DNA of 56,238 bases from Patescibacteria group bacterium (GCA_023380415.1 JAMCRC010000025.1:1-56238); one strand, 5' to 3'; positions 34,430 through 44,221 are shown, numbered from the stretch's first letter. Program-made: numbers and translations. The notes: generated by a model from the sequence alone, not told the origin.

Positions 34430-35353
34430 ATGAAAAAGCTTATCCTTATAGACGCCAATTCCCTGATCCACCGCGCTTTCCACGCCATTCCTCCGTTCAC
34501 CGCGCCGGACGGTTCGCCTTCGGGCGCGCTTTACGGCCTGTCGAGCCTTCTTCTTAATATCTGCCGAACCGAACGCCCCGACCTCGCCGCGGCCGCTTTC
34601 GATAGGCCGGAGCCGACGTTCCGCAAGGAGGCCTTTTCCGGCTATAAGGCCCATCGGCCCAAGGCGCCCGACGAGCTTATTTCCCAGATCGTCGGCTCCC
34701 ACGATGTCTTCAAGGCCTTCGGCATCGCCACCTTCGAACTGCCTGGGTTCGAGGCCGACGATATTATTGGGACTTTGGCCGCACGGTTTCTCGATGACCC
34801 GGACACCCGGACAACGATACTGACCGGCGACCTTGATGCCCTCCAACTTGTCGAAGACGAACGGGTGGTCGTCGAAATACTGAAAAAGGGAGTGAGCGAG
34901 ACCGTCACTTACGACGAGGCGGCCATCAAAGAGCGCTACGGCCTCGAGCCTGGACAGTTACCCGACTACAAAGGGTTCGTCGGGGACGCCTCCGACAATA
35001 TTCCCGGCGTGAAAGGGTTGGGACCAAAAACGGCCCAAGCGCTGATCGCTCGGTATGGTTCGCTCGATGGTCTGTTTGAGAGAATGCCGGAGACCGATCC
35101 GGCTGCGAGAAAGGTCCTCCCATTCAAAAAAGAGGCGCTTTTCTCCAAACATCTCGCGACCATCCGACGGGACGCGCCGATCTCGCTCAAAAAGGAGGAT
35201 TTGACGTTCACCGGCCTCGATACGGCGAAGATCACGGAGCTTTTCGAGCATCTCGGCTTTCAGAGCCTTAAAAAGCGGCTAAACGGAGAATCGAGCGGTC
35301 CGGCATCCAGGAAGGTGGCGGAGAATAAAAAGGAGACCGGGATGTTGTTTTAG
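34430..35353 (+). CDS. Stand-alone 5'-3' exonuclease (PolA N-terminal domain/flap endonuclease)
   Basis: LIDANSL.HRAFHA, YKAHR, EADDIIG, TGDLD and GDASDNIPGV.G.G.KTA motifs; no polymerase domain follows. Confidence 0.93.
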   Translation: MKKLILIDANSLIHRAFHAIPPFTAPDGSPSGALYGLSSLLLNICRTERPDLAAAAFDRPEPTFRKEAFSGYKAHRPKAPDELISQIVGSHDVFKAFGIATFELPGFEADDIIGTLAARFLDDPDTRTTILTGDLDALQLVEDERVVVEILKKGVSETVTYDEAAIKERYGLEPGQLPDYKGFVGDASDNIPGVKGLGPKTAQALIARYGSLDGLFERMPETDPAARKVLPFKKEALFSKHLATIRRDAPISLKKEDLTFTGLDTAKITELFEHLGFQSLKKRLNGESSGPASRKVAENKKETGMLF

Positions 35354-35376
35354 GGAGTTCAAATCTCCCTTTTTTT
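35353..35376 (+). terminator. Intrinsic terminator
   Basis: GGGAG/CTCCC hairpin followed by a T run. Confidence 0.55.
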
Positions 35377-35395
35377 GTGCTATCTTGAGCTTGCG

Positions 35396-36517
35396 ATGCT
35401 TAATTTATTCGGCCGGGAAGGGAAAAAGGAGGCAGACCGGTCCGCTCAAGACACGGAGGCGGAATTCCGGGCGATAGTGGAGAACATCCCGGAAGGCGTT
35501 CTGATCTACGACCAAAATTTCAGGATCCTCGCCATCAATAAAGCGGCCGAGGATATCTTCGGCATTAACGCGGTCGAGGTGTTGGAAAACCAAATATCGC
35601 CGGAAATGGCGCAAAAACCGCGATTCCGCCTCCTTACGGAGGTGGTCTTTCCGTCGCTGGCCCCGAGCGTTACCACCATTCAGGACAACGTCTGGCCCCA
35701 GATCATGGACCTGGTCTTCGAGGATCCCCATAGGGAATTCCGGGTAACGCTAAACCGCGTGACCGACGGAACGGGGCAGGCCATCGGATTCCTGAAGCTG
35801 ATCGCCGACCGGACCAGGGAAAAAGAGCTTTTGAGCCAACAAGGAGAATTCCTGACCGTAGCCGCTCATCAATTGCGCACCCCAATAACCGCGCTGAACT
35901 GGACGCTCGAGTCCATTGCTCAAACCCCGAACATCCCCCAGCCGGTCGCGGGCGGGATCCAAGAAAGCCGCAACCTGGTCGGCCGAAGTTTGAAAATAAT
36001 CAATGACCTTCTCGAGGCCTCCCGGCTCGAAGGCGGGCGTTTCGGCCTCAAAAAAGAGCCGGCCGATATGGCGGAGGTGGTGAAGGCGGCCGTTCAAGGC
36101 GCGGCGCCGGTCGCCGAAGAATACGGGGTTACTTTAAGATCCAACCCGAAAGGCCCGATCGTGCTGCCATTCGACGCCGAACGGGTCGGTTTGGTCCTTG
36201 CGAACTTCATCGACAACGCCATCAAGTACAACTCGAAGGGCGGGTTCGTGGAGGTTGATGCCGCCCCGACCGATGACGGCCGATCCGTGAGGGTCAGCGT
36301 TAAAGACAACGGCGTCGGCATCGCGCCGGAGGACCAAAAAAAGCTGTTCCAGAAGTTCTTCAGGGGAAGCAATATAACCCAAATCGAGCCGAATGGAAGC
36401 GGCCTGGGCCTTTACATCGCCAAGAACATAATCGAGGGGCACGGCGGCAAGATCGGGGTCGTCTCGGAGATCGGCCGCGGCAGCGAATTCTGGTTCACCC
36501 TACCTTTGAGGGGCTAA
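35396..36517 (+). CDS. Cytoplasmic PAS-domain sensor histidine kinase
   Basis: PAS region (IVENIPEGV, N.AAE.IFG), H-box AHQLRTP, N-box NAIKY, DNGVG and GSGLGL; no TM segments. Confidence 0.93.
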   Translation: MLNLFGREGKKEADRSAQDTEAEFRAIVENIPEGVLIYDQNFRILAINKAAEDIFGINAVEVLENQISPEMAQKPRFRLLTEVVFPSLAPSVTTIQDNVWPQIMDLVFEDPHREFRVTLNRVTDGTGQAIGFLKLIADRTREKELLSQQGEFLTVAAHQLRTPITALNWTLESIAQTPNIPQPVAGGIQESRNLVGRSLKIINDLLEASRLEGGRFGLKKEPADMAEVVKAAVQGAAPVAEEYGVTLRSNPKGPIVLPFDAERVGLVLANFIDNAIKYNSKGGFVEVDAAPTDDGRSVRVSVKDNGVGIAPEDQKKLFQKFFRGSNITQIEPNGSGLGLYIAKNIIEGHGGKIGVVSEIGRGSEFWFTLPLRG

Positions 36518-36527
36518 AAAACGCTCT

Positions 36528-37067
36528 ATGTCGGGACATAGTCATTGGAAGCAGATAAAGATCCAAAAGGCGAGCACCGATAAAAAGAAGAGCGCCTCCT
36601 TCGCCAAAATATTGAACGCGATCGCCATCGCGGCGCGGTCAGAACCGAATCCAGACTTCAATCCACGCCTCAGAACCTGTATTCAAAAGGCCCGCGAGGC
36701 CCAGGTCCCCCAGGAGAACATCGACCGAGCCGTTCAAAAGGCCAAAGACAAGAATTCCGACCTCAATGAGATCGTTCTCGAGTGCTACGGTCCCGGCGGT
36801 ATAGGCATTTTGATATTGGCGGTGAGCGACAACACCAATCGGACGGTGAATGATGTTAAGTTGGTCCTCAAAGAACATGGGGCGCGGCTCGCCGAACCAG
36901 GAAGCGTTCGTTGGGGATTCGAGCCGGACCAAAAGGAATTCGGTGGATTCAAGGCCAAATTTCCCCAAGACCCCGGAGCGGACCGCGACAGATTGAACGC
37001 CATCATATCGGCCATCGAAGACCTGGACGACGTCCAGTCCGTCGCTACCACCGCCTACCAACAATGA
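36528..37067 (+). CDS. YebC/PmpR family protein (short form)
   Basis: MSGHSHW..IK..K, NPRLR, E.YGPGG and DN.NRT motifs; upstream of ruvC. Confidence 0.92.
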   Translation: MSGHSHWKQIKIQKASTDKKKSASFAKILNAIAIAARSEPNPDFNPRLRTCIQKAREAQVPQENIDRAVQKAKDKNSDLNEIVLECYGPGGIGILILAVSDNTNRTVNDVKLVLKEHGARLAEPGSVRWGFEPDQKEFGGFKAKFPQDPGADRDRLNAIISAIEDLDDVQSVATTAYQQ

Positions 37068-37543
37068 AGACCACCGTCTTGGGCATCGACCCCGGTACGA
37101 CCCGGATCGGGTACGGACTGATTGGCGTCTCCGGTATGGACCTGAGGCACATCGAAAGCGGTCTTTTGCCCGTACCGGCATCAGAGCGTCGTCCAGAGGC
37201 GCGCCTTTTGAATATCGAGCACGAGTTCGAAGAGTTGGTCAGACGGACCAATCCCGGGATCGTCGGCATAGAGAAACTTTTTTTTACCAAGAATAAAAAG
37301 ACGGCGATGAGGGTCGCTGAAGCGAGAGGGGTCATTCTCAAGGCCGCGGCCGGGCTGGGTCTCAGGATAGAGGAAGTGTCACCGTCAGCCGTTAAGATCG
37401 CCGTGACCGGCGATGGTCGGGCCGGCAAGGAAGCGGTCGCCAAGATGACGAACTTAATGCTCAAACTGCCGCCCAGGAAGGTGGTCGACGACGTAACGGA
37501 CGCCCTCGCGATCGCCATCGCGGTGAGCAATACCCGCTTCTAG
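37064..37543 (+). CDS. ruvC: Crossover junction endodeoxyribonuclease RuvC
   Basis: LGIDPG...GYG, IE.LFF, ARGV, G.G.A.K and DD.TDALA motifs. Confidence 0.95.
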   Translation: MKTTVLGIDPGTTRIGYGLIGVSGMDLRHIESGLLPVPASERRPEARLLNIEHEFEELVRRTNPGIVGIEKLFFTKNKKTAMRVAEARGVILKAAAGLGLRIEEVSPSAVKIAVTGDGRAGKEAVAKMTNLMLKLPPRKVVDDVTDALAIAIAVSNTRF

Positions 37544-40008
37544 TGGTAGACGATTATATTAAGGGAGTTCGAGGCGCCGGAAGCGTCCGTCGCCTTTACC
37601 GTTATTATGTTTTGGGGGTTCAGCGCCACACCCAAAGAATGGACCAGGTCGTACGTCTCTCCGGACACGGGGATCGTCTGGACCAACGTTCCATTGATAT
37701 CTATCTCGACCGACCGGAGGCCGGCGGGCGAACTAATCGTTGTCCTGAGAGAGATCGGGGATGGCACGAATGACCCGCTCGTGGGATACGTGTTGGAAAA
37801 CGATATTCCGGCCCCCTGTCCGTCCGCGCTCCAAGCGGCCGGGGGCACATTCTGATTGTAATTGGAAAAATTAGGGATGTTCTTCGATGCCCAATCCAGG
37901 ACGGCCGATTCCCAATTATCGAATTGGGAATCGCTTCCCGGATCTTGCGGCACCGGACCTAGGGGGTCGTTTTTATCGGTATAGTAGAGAATGCTGTGGA
38001 CCTGAGGATAGTTCACGCCGCCCACCGAAACGTTGTTTACGTAACTACCGTTAAGCATCGGTTTCGTGACCGGGGGAAGCGGTTCGGGGGTCGGGAAATT
38101 GTCAGGTGGGTAGTTCGGCAAGACCGACCTCAAGAAAGCGCTCCACATCGGTACGGCCGCCAAGATACTAGAACCGTTGCGTTGCATCGGGGCGTAGTTG
38201 GTGTTGCCGGCCCAAACCCCAACGACGAGATCCGGCGTGTAACCGAATGCCCAGGCATCCCTATAATCATTGCTAGTCCCGGTCTTCAAGGCCACATCGT
38301 AGCCGGGGAAGGCGGTCTGACCGCCTCCGGGTCCGAAAAGGGGGGCTCTAAGGTCGACGTTTGAGAGTATCGAATTGATCCATTGGATGTACTTTGGGTC
38401 ATTGACTTGGCTCGCCTGGTCTTGGTATTTCTCCAGCACCGTACCGTTCGAATCGTCAACTTCGAGGACCATCGATTGCTGGTGCTCGACGCCCTCGTCC
38501 GCCAATACGGAATAGGCCTTGAGCATGTCGACCATCTTGACCGCGCCGCCTCCCAGGACCAGGGAAAGCCCGTATTGGTTCGGATCGTTCAGCGTAGTGA
38601 TACCGAAAGATTTAAGCTCGTTCAAAACATTCTGTAATCCGACCAAATAAAGGACCTTGACCGCCGCCACATTGATAGATTCCGGTAGGGCCTGCTCGAA
38701 GGTCAGCGGCCCCTGGAAGCTCTCGAAATCCTGAGGATGGAAACACGGCACGCCCGAAGAGGATGTTTGGTTCGGGATATCGAAATTGGGTACGGCTGGG
38801 CAATTCGGATTGAACTCGGTCGGCACATCGAATACCACCGTATTCGGCGGGTAACCATCCTCCAGGGCCTTGAGGTAAACGAACGGCTTCAGGCTAGATC
38901 CGGGTTGGCGCAACCCCTGGAGGGGCATATCGAAATTTCCGTCGATCGAGGAATCGAAGTAGTCAGCTGATCCGACCAAGGCCAACATCTGGCCGGTTTT
39001 GGGGTCCTCGGCCATCAACGCGCCGTTATCCGAATTATAAAGCTTCAAGTTCCTCGCCACGCCGTCGCTGACGGCCTGCTCGGCCGCCTGCTGCATCGGC
39101 CAATCGAGGGTCGTGACGACCTTCAAGCCGCCATTAAGCACCATATCCTCGCCGTATTTGTTTATTAGGTAGCTCTCGACCGCCATCACGAAATGGGGAG
39201 CTTTAATGGAACCCAATGATTGGGGGGCGAAGGTCAGTTTTTCTTGCTTGGCTTGGTCGGCTTGGGCTTGCGTTATGTACCCGATTTGGGCCATCCGGTC
39301 CAAGGCGTAGTGCTGGCGGGCGATAAGTTCGCTTAAATTATCCCCCCACGGAGAGTAATAGCTCGGAGCTTGGGGCAGGCTCGCTAAAACCGCCGCCTCG
39401 GCCAAATCGAGGTCTTTGACCGGCTTGCCGAAATATGTTTCGCTCGCCGCTTCGACGCCGTAAGCGTTAGATCCATAAGGTATTTGATTGAGGTAAAAGT
39501 CCAATATTTGGTCTTTGGAGTATTTCGCCTCCAATTCGAAGGCCAGGATTATCTCGTCTATCTTCCTAGTGATCGTTTTTTGGGGCGTCAGAAAGGCATT
39601 CCTGGCCAGCTGCTGGGTGATCGTCGAGGCGCCTTGGACGAAGCGTCCCGCCCTAATATCGGCCCACAACGCCCGAGCGATCCCCAGGACATCTATGGCC
39701 GGCCGGGTGTAGAATCCGGAATCTTCGAGGGCAATAGTCGCATCCTTGACCGAACTCGGGATATCGGAGAAGGGAACCACCGTCCTCTTTTCCTGTCCGT
39801 GGATCTCGTAAAGAAGAACTGTGCCGGTTCGGTCGTATATTTTCGTCGATTGACTGATCTCCCGAGTGGAGAATTGGTCCGGTGTCGGCAACGTCCTAAT
39901 GGCGATGACGACGTAGACCGTCCCCGCCACCGCTACCGTCACAAACAAAAAGAATCCGACAACGAGAACGGACAGCCAAAAATTACGCCGGCTCCTTTTG
40001 CGTCCCAT
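37540..40008 (-). CDS. Class A penicillin-binding protein (PBP1A) with C-terminal Ig-like domain
   Basis: TM anchor; transglycosylase motifs EDxxF, GASTITQQ and RK..E; transpeptidase motifs SSLK, SIN and KTGT. Confidence 0.95.
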   Translation of the reverse strand: MGRKRSRRNFWLSVLVVGFFLFVTVAVAGTVYVVIAIRTLPTPDQFSTREISQSTKIYDRTGTVLLYEIHGQEKRTVVPFSDIPSSVKDATIALEDSGFYTRPAIDVLGIARALWADIRAGRFVQGASTITQQLARNAFLTPQKTITRKIDEIILAFELEAKYSKDQILDFYLNQIPYGSNAYGVEAASETYFGKPVKDLDLAEAAVLASLPQAPSYYSPWGDNLSELIARQHYALDRMAQIGYITQAQADQAKQEKLTFAPQSLGSIKAPHFVMAVESYLINKYGEDMVLNGGLKVVTTLDWPMQQAAEQAVSDGVARNLKLYNSDNGALMAEDPKTGQMLALVGSADYFDSSIDGNFDMPLQGLRQPGSSLKPFVYLKALEDGYPPNTVVFDVPTEFNPNCPAVPNFDIPNQTSSSGVPCFHPQDFESFQGPLTFEQALPESINVAAVKVLYLVGLQNVLNELKSFGITTLNDPNQYGLSLVLGGGAVKMVDMLKAYSVLADEGVEHQQSMVLEVDDSNGTVLEKYQDQASQVNDPKYIQWINSILSNVDLRAPLFGPGGGQTAFPGYDVALKTGTSNDYRDAWAFGYTPDLVVGVWAGNTNYAPMQRNGSSILAAVPMWSAFLRSVLPNYPPDNFPTPEPLPPVTKPMLNGSYVNNVSVGGVNYPQVHSILYYTDKNDPLGPVPQDPGSDSQFDNWESAVLDWASKNIPNFSNYNQNVPPAAWSADGQGAGISFSNTYPTSGSFVPSPISLRTTISSPAGLRSVEIDINGTLVQTIPVSGETYDLVHSLGVALNPQNIITVKATDASGASNSLNIIVYH

Positions 40009-40088
40009 GCGATTGATTTCATTAGTGTAGCATTGGACCGAATAAAAAACGAACACCATCGAAGTTGATGGTGTCCGTCGTTTGGAAT

Positions 40089-40274
40089 CTAGTAAGCGTC
40101 GGGGTTCTCGATGTCGTCGTCCATTTGATAGTCGTTGCCGACCTCAGCTCCGCCATCATCGGGAACGCCGAATTCGTCGCCGGAGACGGCCTCTTCCGGA
40201 CTGGGAGGAAGAACCTCCTCGTCTTCGTCGCTCCGAGCGGACATATTAATACCGTGCAAAACTAACGTATCCAT
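40089..40274 (-). CDS. Small highly acidic hypothetical protein
   Basis: 61 aa (about 51 aa from MSARS), D/E-rich; upstream TTGACA-16-TATACT. Confidence 0.5.
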   Translation of the reverse strand: MDTLVLHGINMSARSDEDEEVLPPSPEEAVSGDEFGVPDDGGAEVGNDYQMDDDIENPDAY

Positions 40275-40352
40275 AATCAGTAATACTGTCGACCTTTTTG
40301 GTTCAATGGGGAGAGTATAAGGAAGACCCCCAAAATGTCAAATAGTCGATGG

Positions 40353-41456
40353 TTAGCCCCTGATCGGCATGGCGACGTACACGACCGTTTTATCGCCTTC
40401 GCCGATCAAGAGAACCGGTTTCTCCGATGAATTGAAACCGATGACGATATTCTGGGTCTTATGGATCTTCAGGCCGTCCAAAACGTATCGCCAATTGAAT
40501 ATCACCGAGAACCTTTCTCCGGTGGTTTTTACCGGCACTTTGTAACTATTCTCGCCTATGGAAGCGTCCGCCGAATAAACCTCGATGAACTTGCCGTTCT
40601 CGCCTATCCTGATGGTGATGTCGTTGCTCTTCCCGGAGAACGTACTGGCCAGCTTGACCGCGTTGATCAACTCCTGCCGATCGATCGTCACTTCCGTCCG
40701 GCACTCCTTCGGAATAACCGCCTTATAATCCGGGAACCGCCCATCGATCAGCCGGGATATCACCCGCTCACCGTTCCCTTTGAGCAGGATCTGATTCTGG
40801 TCGATTGAGACATCGACTGTCTCCGCGCCATCGAATATCCTTAATATTTCTCCGGCTGTTTTAAGCGGAATTATCACGCTAAAATCCCCAACCGAATCCG
40901 CCACCGCGTTACTCAAGGTTTTCTCGGCCAGCCGGAAACCGTCTGTCGCCACAAACCCCATAACCCCATCCGACGAAGAGACCAAAACTCCGCTGATCTC
41001 CGGACGGATCTCGGAATACTGGGCGGATGGAATGACGCAACCAATAGCATCCTTGAGGTCCTTGGTCGAGATACTGAACGATCCAGCATCGTCCGAAACC
41101 GATGGGATTATTGGGAATTCGTTCGCGTCCTGGCCCTGGACGACCGCTTCGTAGTTATCGGTCGTGATCATGATCTTCTTGTCCTTCTCCTCGATGGTCA
41201 CCCTTTCCGCCGCCAGATTCTTGATTATCGAGTTGAATACCGAGAATGGGACGGCGACCACCCCATCCGCAATAACCTTTCCTGGAACGGCGCATTCGAT
41301 GGCGAGCTCTAGGTTGGTTGACGCGAACAATATTCGGCCGCTCTCGGTTTTCACGAGAAAACTTTTCAGGATAGGAAGATTGGCGTTCTCCCCCACACCC
41401 CGCTCGATAACCCCTAATGCTTCTATTAAGTTAGTTCTTAATATAATTAATTTCAT
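40353..41456 (-). CDS. dnaN: DNA polymerase III beta clamp
   Basis: PIL, TNLE, EFP, R..ISGV, VATDGFRL, SRLIDGRFPDY and MPIR motifs. Confidence 0.97.
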   Translation of the reverse strand: MKLIILRTNLIEALGVIERGVGENANLPILKSFLVKTESGRILFASTNLELAIECAVPGKVIADGVVAVPFSVFNSIIKNLAAERVTIEEKDKKIMITTDNYEAVVQGQDANEFPIIPSVSDDAGSFSISTKDLKDAIGCVIPSAQYSEIRPEISGVLVSSSDGVMGFVATDGFRLAEKTLSNAVADSVGDFSVIIPLKTAGEILRIFDGAETVDVSIDQNQILLKGNGERVISRLIDGRFPDYKAVIPKECRTEVTIDRQELINAVKLASTFSGKSNDITIRIGENGKFIEVYSADASIGENSYKVPVKTTGERFSVIFNWRYVLDGLKIHKTQNIVIGFNSSEKPVLLIGEGDKTVVYVAMPIRG

Positions 41457-41626
41457 AGTAGTGGTAGTAGTTCCTGGGATTATGTGGATAAGCTAGTAAC
41501 GTTAAGTATTTATTGGTCGTTTCGGTACTAGTGACTGTTGATTATTGTTGATTATATCCGATCCGGTGTGGGTAACTTTTTGTATCGCCCGATTTATTCC
41601 ACAACCCAACCACGTTTTTATTCACA
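41456..41626. other. Replication origin oriC (basal unwinding element)
   Basis: Perfect DnaA box at 41483-41491, then CCCAGG and the trio repeat AACTACTACCACTACTA (41472-41456, minus strand). Degenerate boxes at 41536, 41546, 41567 and 41618; AT-rich. Confidence 0.85.
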
Positions 41627-42998
41627 GCTTATACAGGCGTTCTTTGATGAGTAGGATTTTTTGGTTTAACCCTGGATTTTGGCTAATCTCTTTGGATATT
41701 TTATCGCAGGCGTGGATGGCGGTCGTGTGGTCTCTTTTCCCCAACCTATCCCCTATATGGGGGTAGGACATCTTAAGGACCTCCCGCATGAGATACATGG
41801 CTATTTGGCGCGGCTCCACCACCTCCTGCTTCCGGCTTCTTTGGGTCATGTCGGCAGTGGGGACTTCGAAGAATTCGGCCACCGTCTTAACGATGTCATT
41901 GGGGGTTATATTCCTTGGGGCGACCTGGACAGCCTCATTTATTATCTCTTCGAGTTTTTTATTGTCTATTTGGCCGCTCTTATACTGCTCATAGAACACA
42001 ACCTTGTTTAAAACCCCCTCGAGCTCGCGGATGTTCTTTTGGACCCTGGCCGCGATCTGCTCCATTATTTTTTCGTCTAAAACAGCCCCCGTCTCTTTGG
42101 CCTTGGTCTTTAGTATGGCCAACCTCGTCTCGTAGTCCGGATAGACCACATCCACTATCATCCCCCCTTCAAAACGCGACCTGAGGCGTTCCTCGAGGGT
42201 GGGAATGGCGGACGGCGGCCGGTCGGACGAGATGATTATCTGCTTGTTGTTCTCGTATAACGTATTGAATGTGTAAAAAAACTCCTGTTCGGTGGCCGTC
42301 TTCCCGCCGATGAATTGAATATCATCGATTATAAGAACGTCTATATCGCGATATTTCCTTTTGACGTCGTCCATGCGTTTGTTTCTTAGGGCCTGAACAA
42401 CGTCATTGATGAATTTCTCCGATGAGACATAAAGAACGCTTACTTGGTTCTTGTAGGCCAGGATTATCTCATTGCCGATGGATTGAATGAGATGGGTTTT
42501 ACCCAACCCCACGCCGCCGTAAACGAAGAGCGGGTTGTATTTTTTACCAACGTCCTTTACGACCGCTTGGGCGGCGGCGTAAGCCATCTCATTCGACGAC
42601 CCAACGATAAACGTTTTGAAATCGTAGCGCGGATTAAGATTCGTCTTCGGATCGATCCTCGTCTCGATCAATTCGGATTGAGGCCTTACGTCGTTGTCCG
42701 CCTTAGGTTTTTTGACGGATATAGCGATCGGGTTTTTGGCGTTGGCCCCGACCACGACATAGTCGATGTTCTTGATGGACCCATCGATGTTCCGGAGCGA
42801 CCCGAGAATTATCTTGTGGTACCGGCTTTTGACCCACTCTTTGGCGAAGTTATTCGGCAGGCCGACCAACGCCACCCCGGTATCCTTTTCGTCTTTCCCG
42901 AGGAACTGGCTATTCTTAAGCCAGGTCAGGAAATTAGGCCGCGATATTTGCAGCTCGATATCTCCCAAGACCGTTTGCCATACGTCTTCGTGGTTCAT
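41622..42998 (-). CDS. dnaA: Chromosomal replication initiator DnaA
   Basis: YNPLFVYGGVGLGKTHL, IDDIQF, RLRSRF.GG, RELEG, RQIAMY and RDHTT motifs. Confidence 0.98.
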   Translation of the reverse strand: MNHEDVWQTVLGDIELQISRPNFLTWLKNSQFLGKDEKDTGVALVGLPNNFAKEWVKSRYHKIILGSLRNIDGSIKNIDYVVVGANAKNPIAISVKKPKADNDVRPQSELIETRIDPKTNLNPRYDFKTFIVGSSNEMAYAAAQAVVKDVGKKYNPLFVYGGVGLGKTHLIQSIGNEIILAYKNQVSVLYVSSEKFINDVVQALRNKRMDDVKRKYRDIDVLIIDDIQFIGGKTATEQEFFYTFNTLYENNKQIIISSDRPPSAIPTLEERLRSRFEGGMIVDVVYPDYETRLAILKTKAKETGAVLDEKIMEQIAARVQKNIRELEGVLNKVVFYEQYKSGQIDNKKLEEIINEAVQVAPRNITPNDIVKTVAEFFEVPTADMTQRSRKQEVVEPRQIAMYLMREVLKMSYPHIGDRLGKRDHTTAIHACDKISKEISQNPGLNQKILLIKERLYKL

Positions 42999-43176
42999 TT
43001 GATTCCAATTTTATTCATCGAAAACGTCGACCGCCGCTCCAAAACCGAATCACCATTCAAGTTCCTGTTTATGATAGAAGGATTTTGAAACGATGCAATG
43101 TTGCGGAAACGGGTCCTATGTGCTTTAATTGTGCATTATCTGTTGATAGTCGTTACAGGTTATAATTCAAAGGTAA

Positions 43177-43311
43177 ATGAGCGTCACTTATCAGCCGAAG
43201 AAGAGGAAGCGGGTCCGGGCGCACGGGTTTCTGAAGCGTCGGCGGTCGGCGAGCGGCAGGAATGTCGTTAAGAGCCGCCGGCAGAAGGGCCGCAAGCGCT
43301 TGACGGTCTAA
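43177..43311 (+). CDS. rpmH: 50S ribosomal protein L34
   Basis: Manual translation [44 protein letters not shown]. Confidence 0.95.
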   Translation: MSVTYQPKKRKRVRAHGFLKRRRSASGRNVVKSRRQKGRKRLTV

Positions 43312-43314
43312 TTC

Positions 43315-43554
43315 GTGGAATTCGCCATAAAAAACAAGGCGGTCCGGGGAGAGAGGCCCGAGGTTTTCGCGTCGGTCGGCAAGGCGGTATTTAAAAAAGC
43401 GGTCGAGCGCAATCTCCTGAAACGCCGCCTTAGGGCCATATTACTACCGATTGCCAGAGCCAAGAGGACCGATATCACGGTATACGTCAAAGGCGGGGCG
43501 GAGCAGCTTGATTTTGCGGAACTAAGGACGAGGGTTATAAATTCTATCAAGTAA
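43315..43554 (+). CDS. rnpA: RNase P protein component (N-terminally short)
   Basis: RNR motif K.V.KKAVERNLLKRRLR; syntenic between rpmH and yidC. Confidence 0.8.
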   Translation: MEFAIKNKAVRGERPEVFASVGKAVFKKAVERNLLKRRLRAILLPIARAKRTDITVYVKGGAEQLDFAELRTRVINSIK

Positions 43555-43555
43555 A

Positions 43556-44221
43556 ATGGGTGCCATATTCAACTCCGTAATCTACTTGCCGATATTGTCG
43601 GTCTTGAAGTTCCTTTACCTGAATGTGTCTTTTGGGGACCTTGGGGTCGCCATCTTCGTCCTCACCGTGATCGTCCGCCTCGTCCTCCTCCCCCTTTTCT
43701 ATAAGGGGGCCAAAGACCAGACGATCCTTCAGCGCCTTCAGCCGCACATCCGGAAGATCCAATTGGACCACAAAGACGATAAGGAGAAGCAGGCGCGAGC
43801 GATGATGGACCTTTACAAGACGAATCGCGTAAACCCGTTCTCGGGATTCCTTCTTCTTCTCGTCCAACTTCCCATATTCATCGCTCTCTTCGAGATATTC
43901 ACTACCGGAATAAAATCCAACATTTTCACGAATCCAGCCCTTTTCGGCCTAAGTTTGAGCGCTCCAAGCTACCTTATGGCGGTTCTCGCCGCGCTTCTCC
44001 AGTACTTCCAGGGGAAAATGGCAATGCCGGCCGGTAAGTCAATGGAAGCGACCCAGAAAGTTATGGTCGTCGTAGGCCCCCTCGTGACCATCCTTGTCCT
44101 CGGGAACCTGCCCGCGGCCCTGAGTTGGTATTGGACGGTGTCGAACTTGTTTTCTTTGGGGCAACAGTTCTATATTAATAAAAAACTGCCACCCCTGCCG
44201 GATGTGGCATCCACCAAATAA
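43556..44221 (+). CDS. yidC: Membrane protein insertase YidC (minimal)
   Basis: AI..LTVIVR..L.PL, LQP, VNPFSG..LVQLPI and YW.VSN.FS..QQ motifs. Confidence 0.93.
   Translation: MGAIFNSVIYLPILSVLKFLYLNVSFGDLGVAIFVLTVIVRLVLLPLFYKGAKDQTILQRLQPHIRKIQLDHKDDKEKQARAMMDLYKTNRVNPFSGFLLLLVQLPIFIALFEIFTTGIKSNIFTNPALFGLSLSAPSYLMAVLAALLQYFQGKMAMPAGKSMEATQKVMVVVGPLVTILVLGNLPAALSWYWTVSNLFSLGQQFYINKKLPPLPDVASTK

Noticed and set aside
34430..35353. polA pseudogene
   Set aside because: The catalytic acidic motifs are intact and there is a clean stop and terminator; stand-alone or split 5'-3' exonucleases are known.
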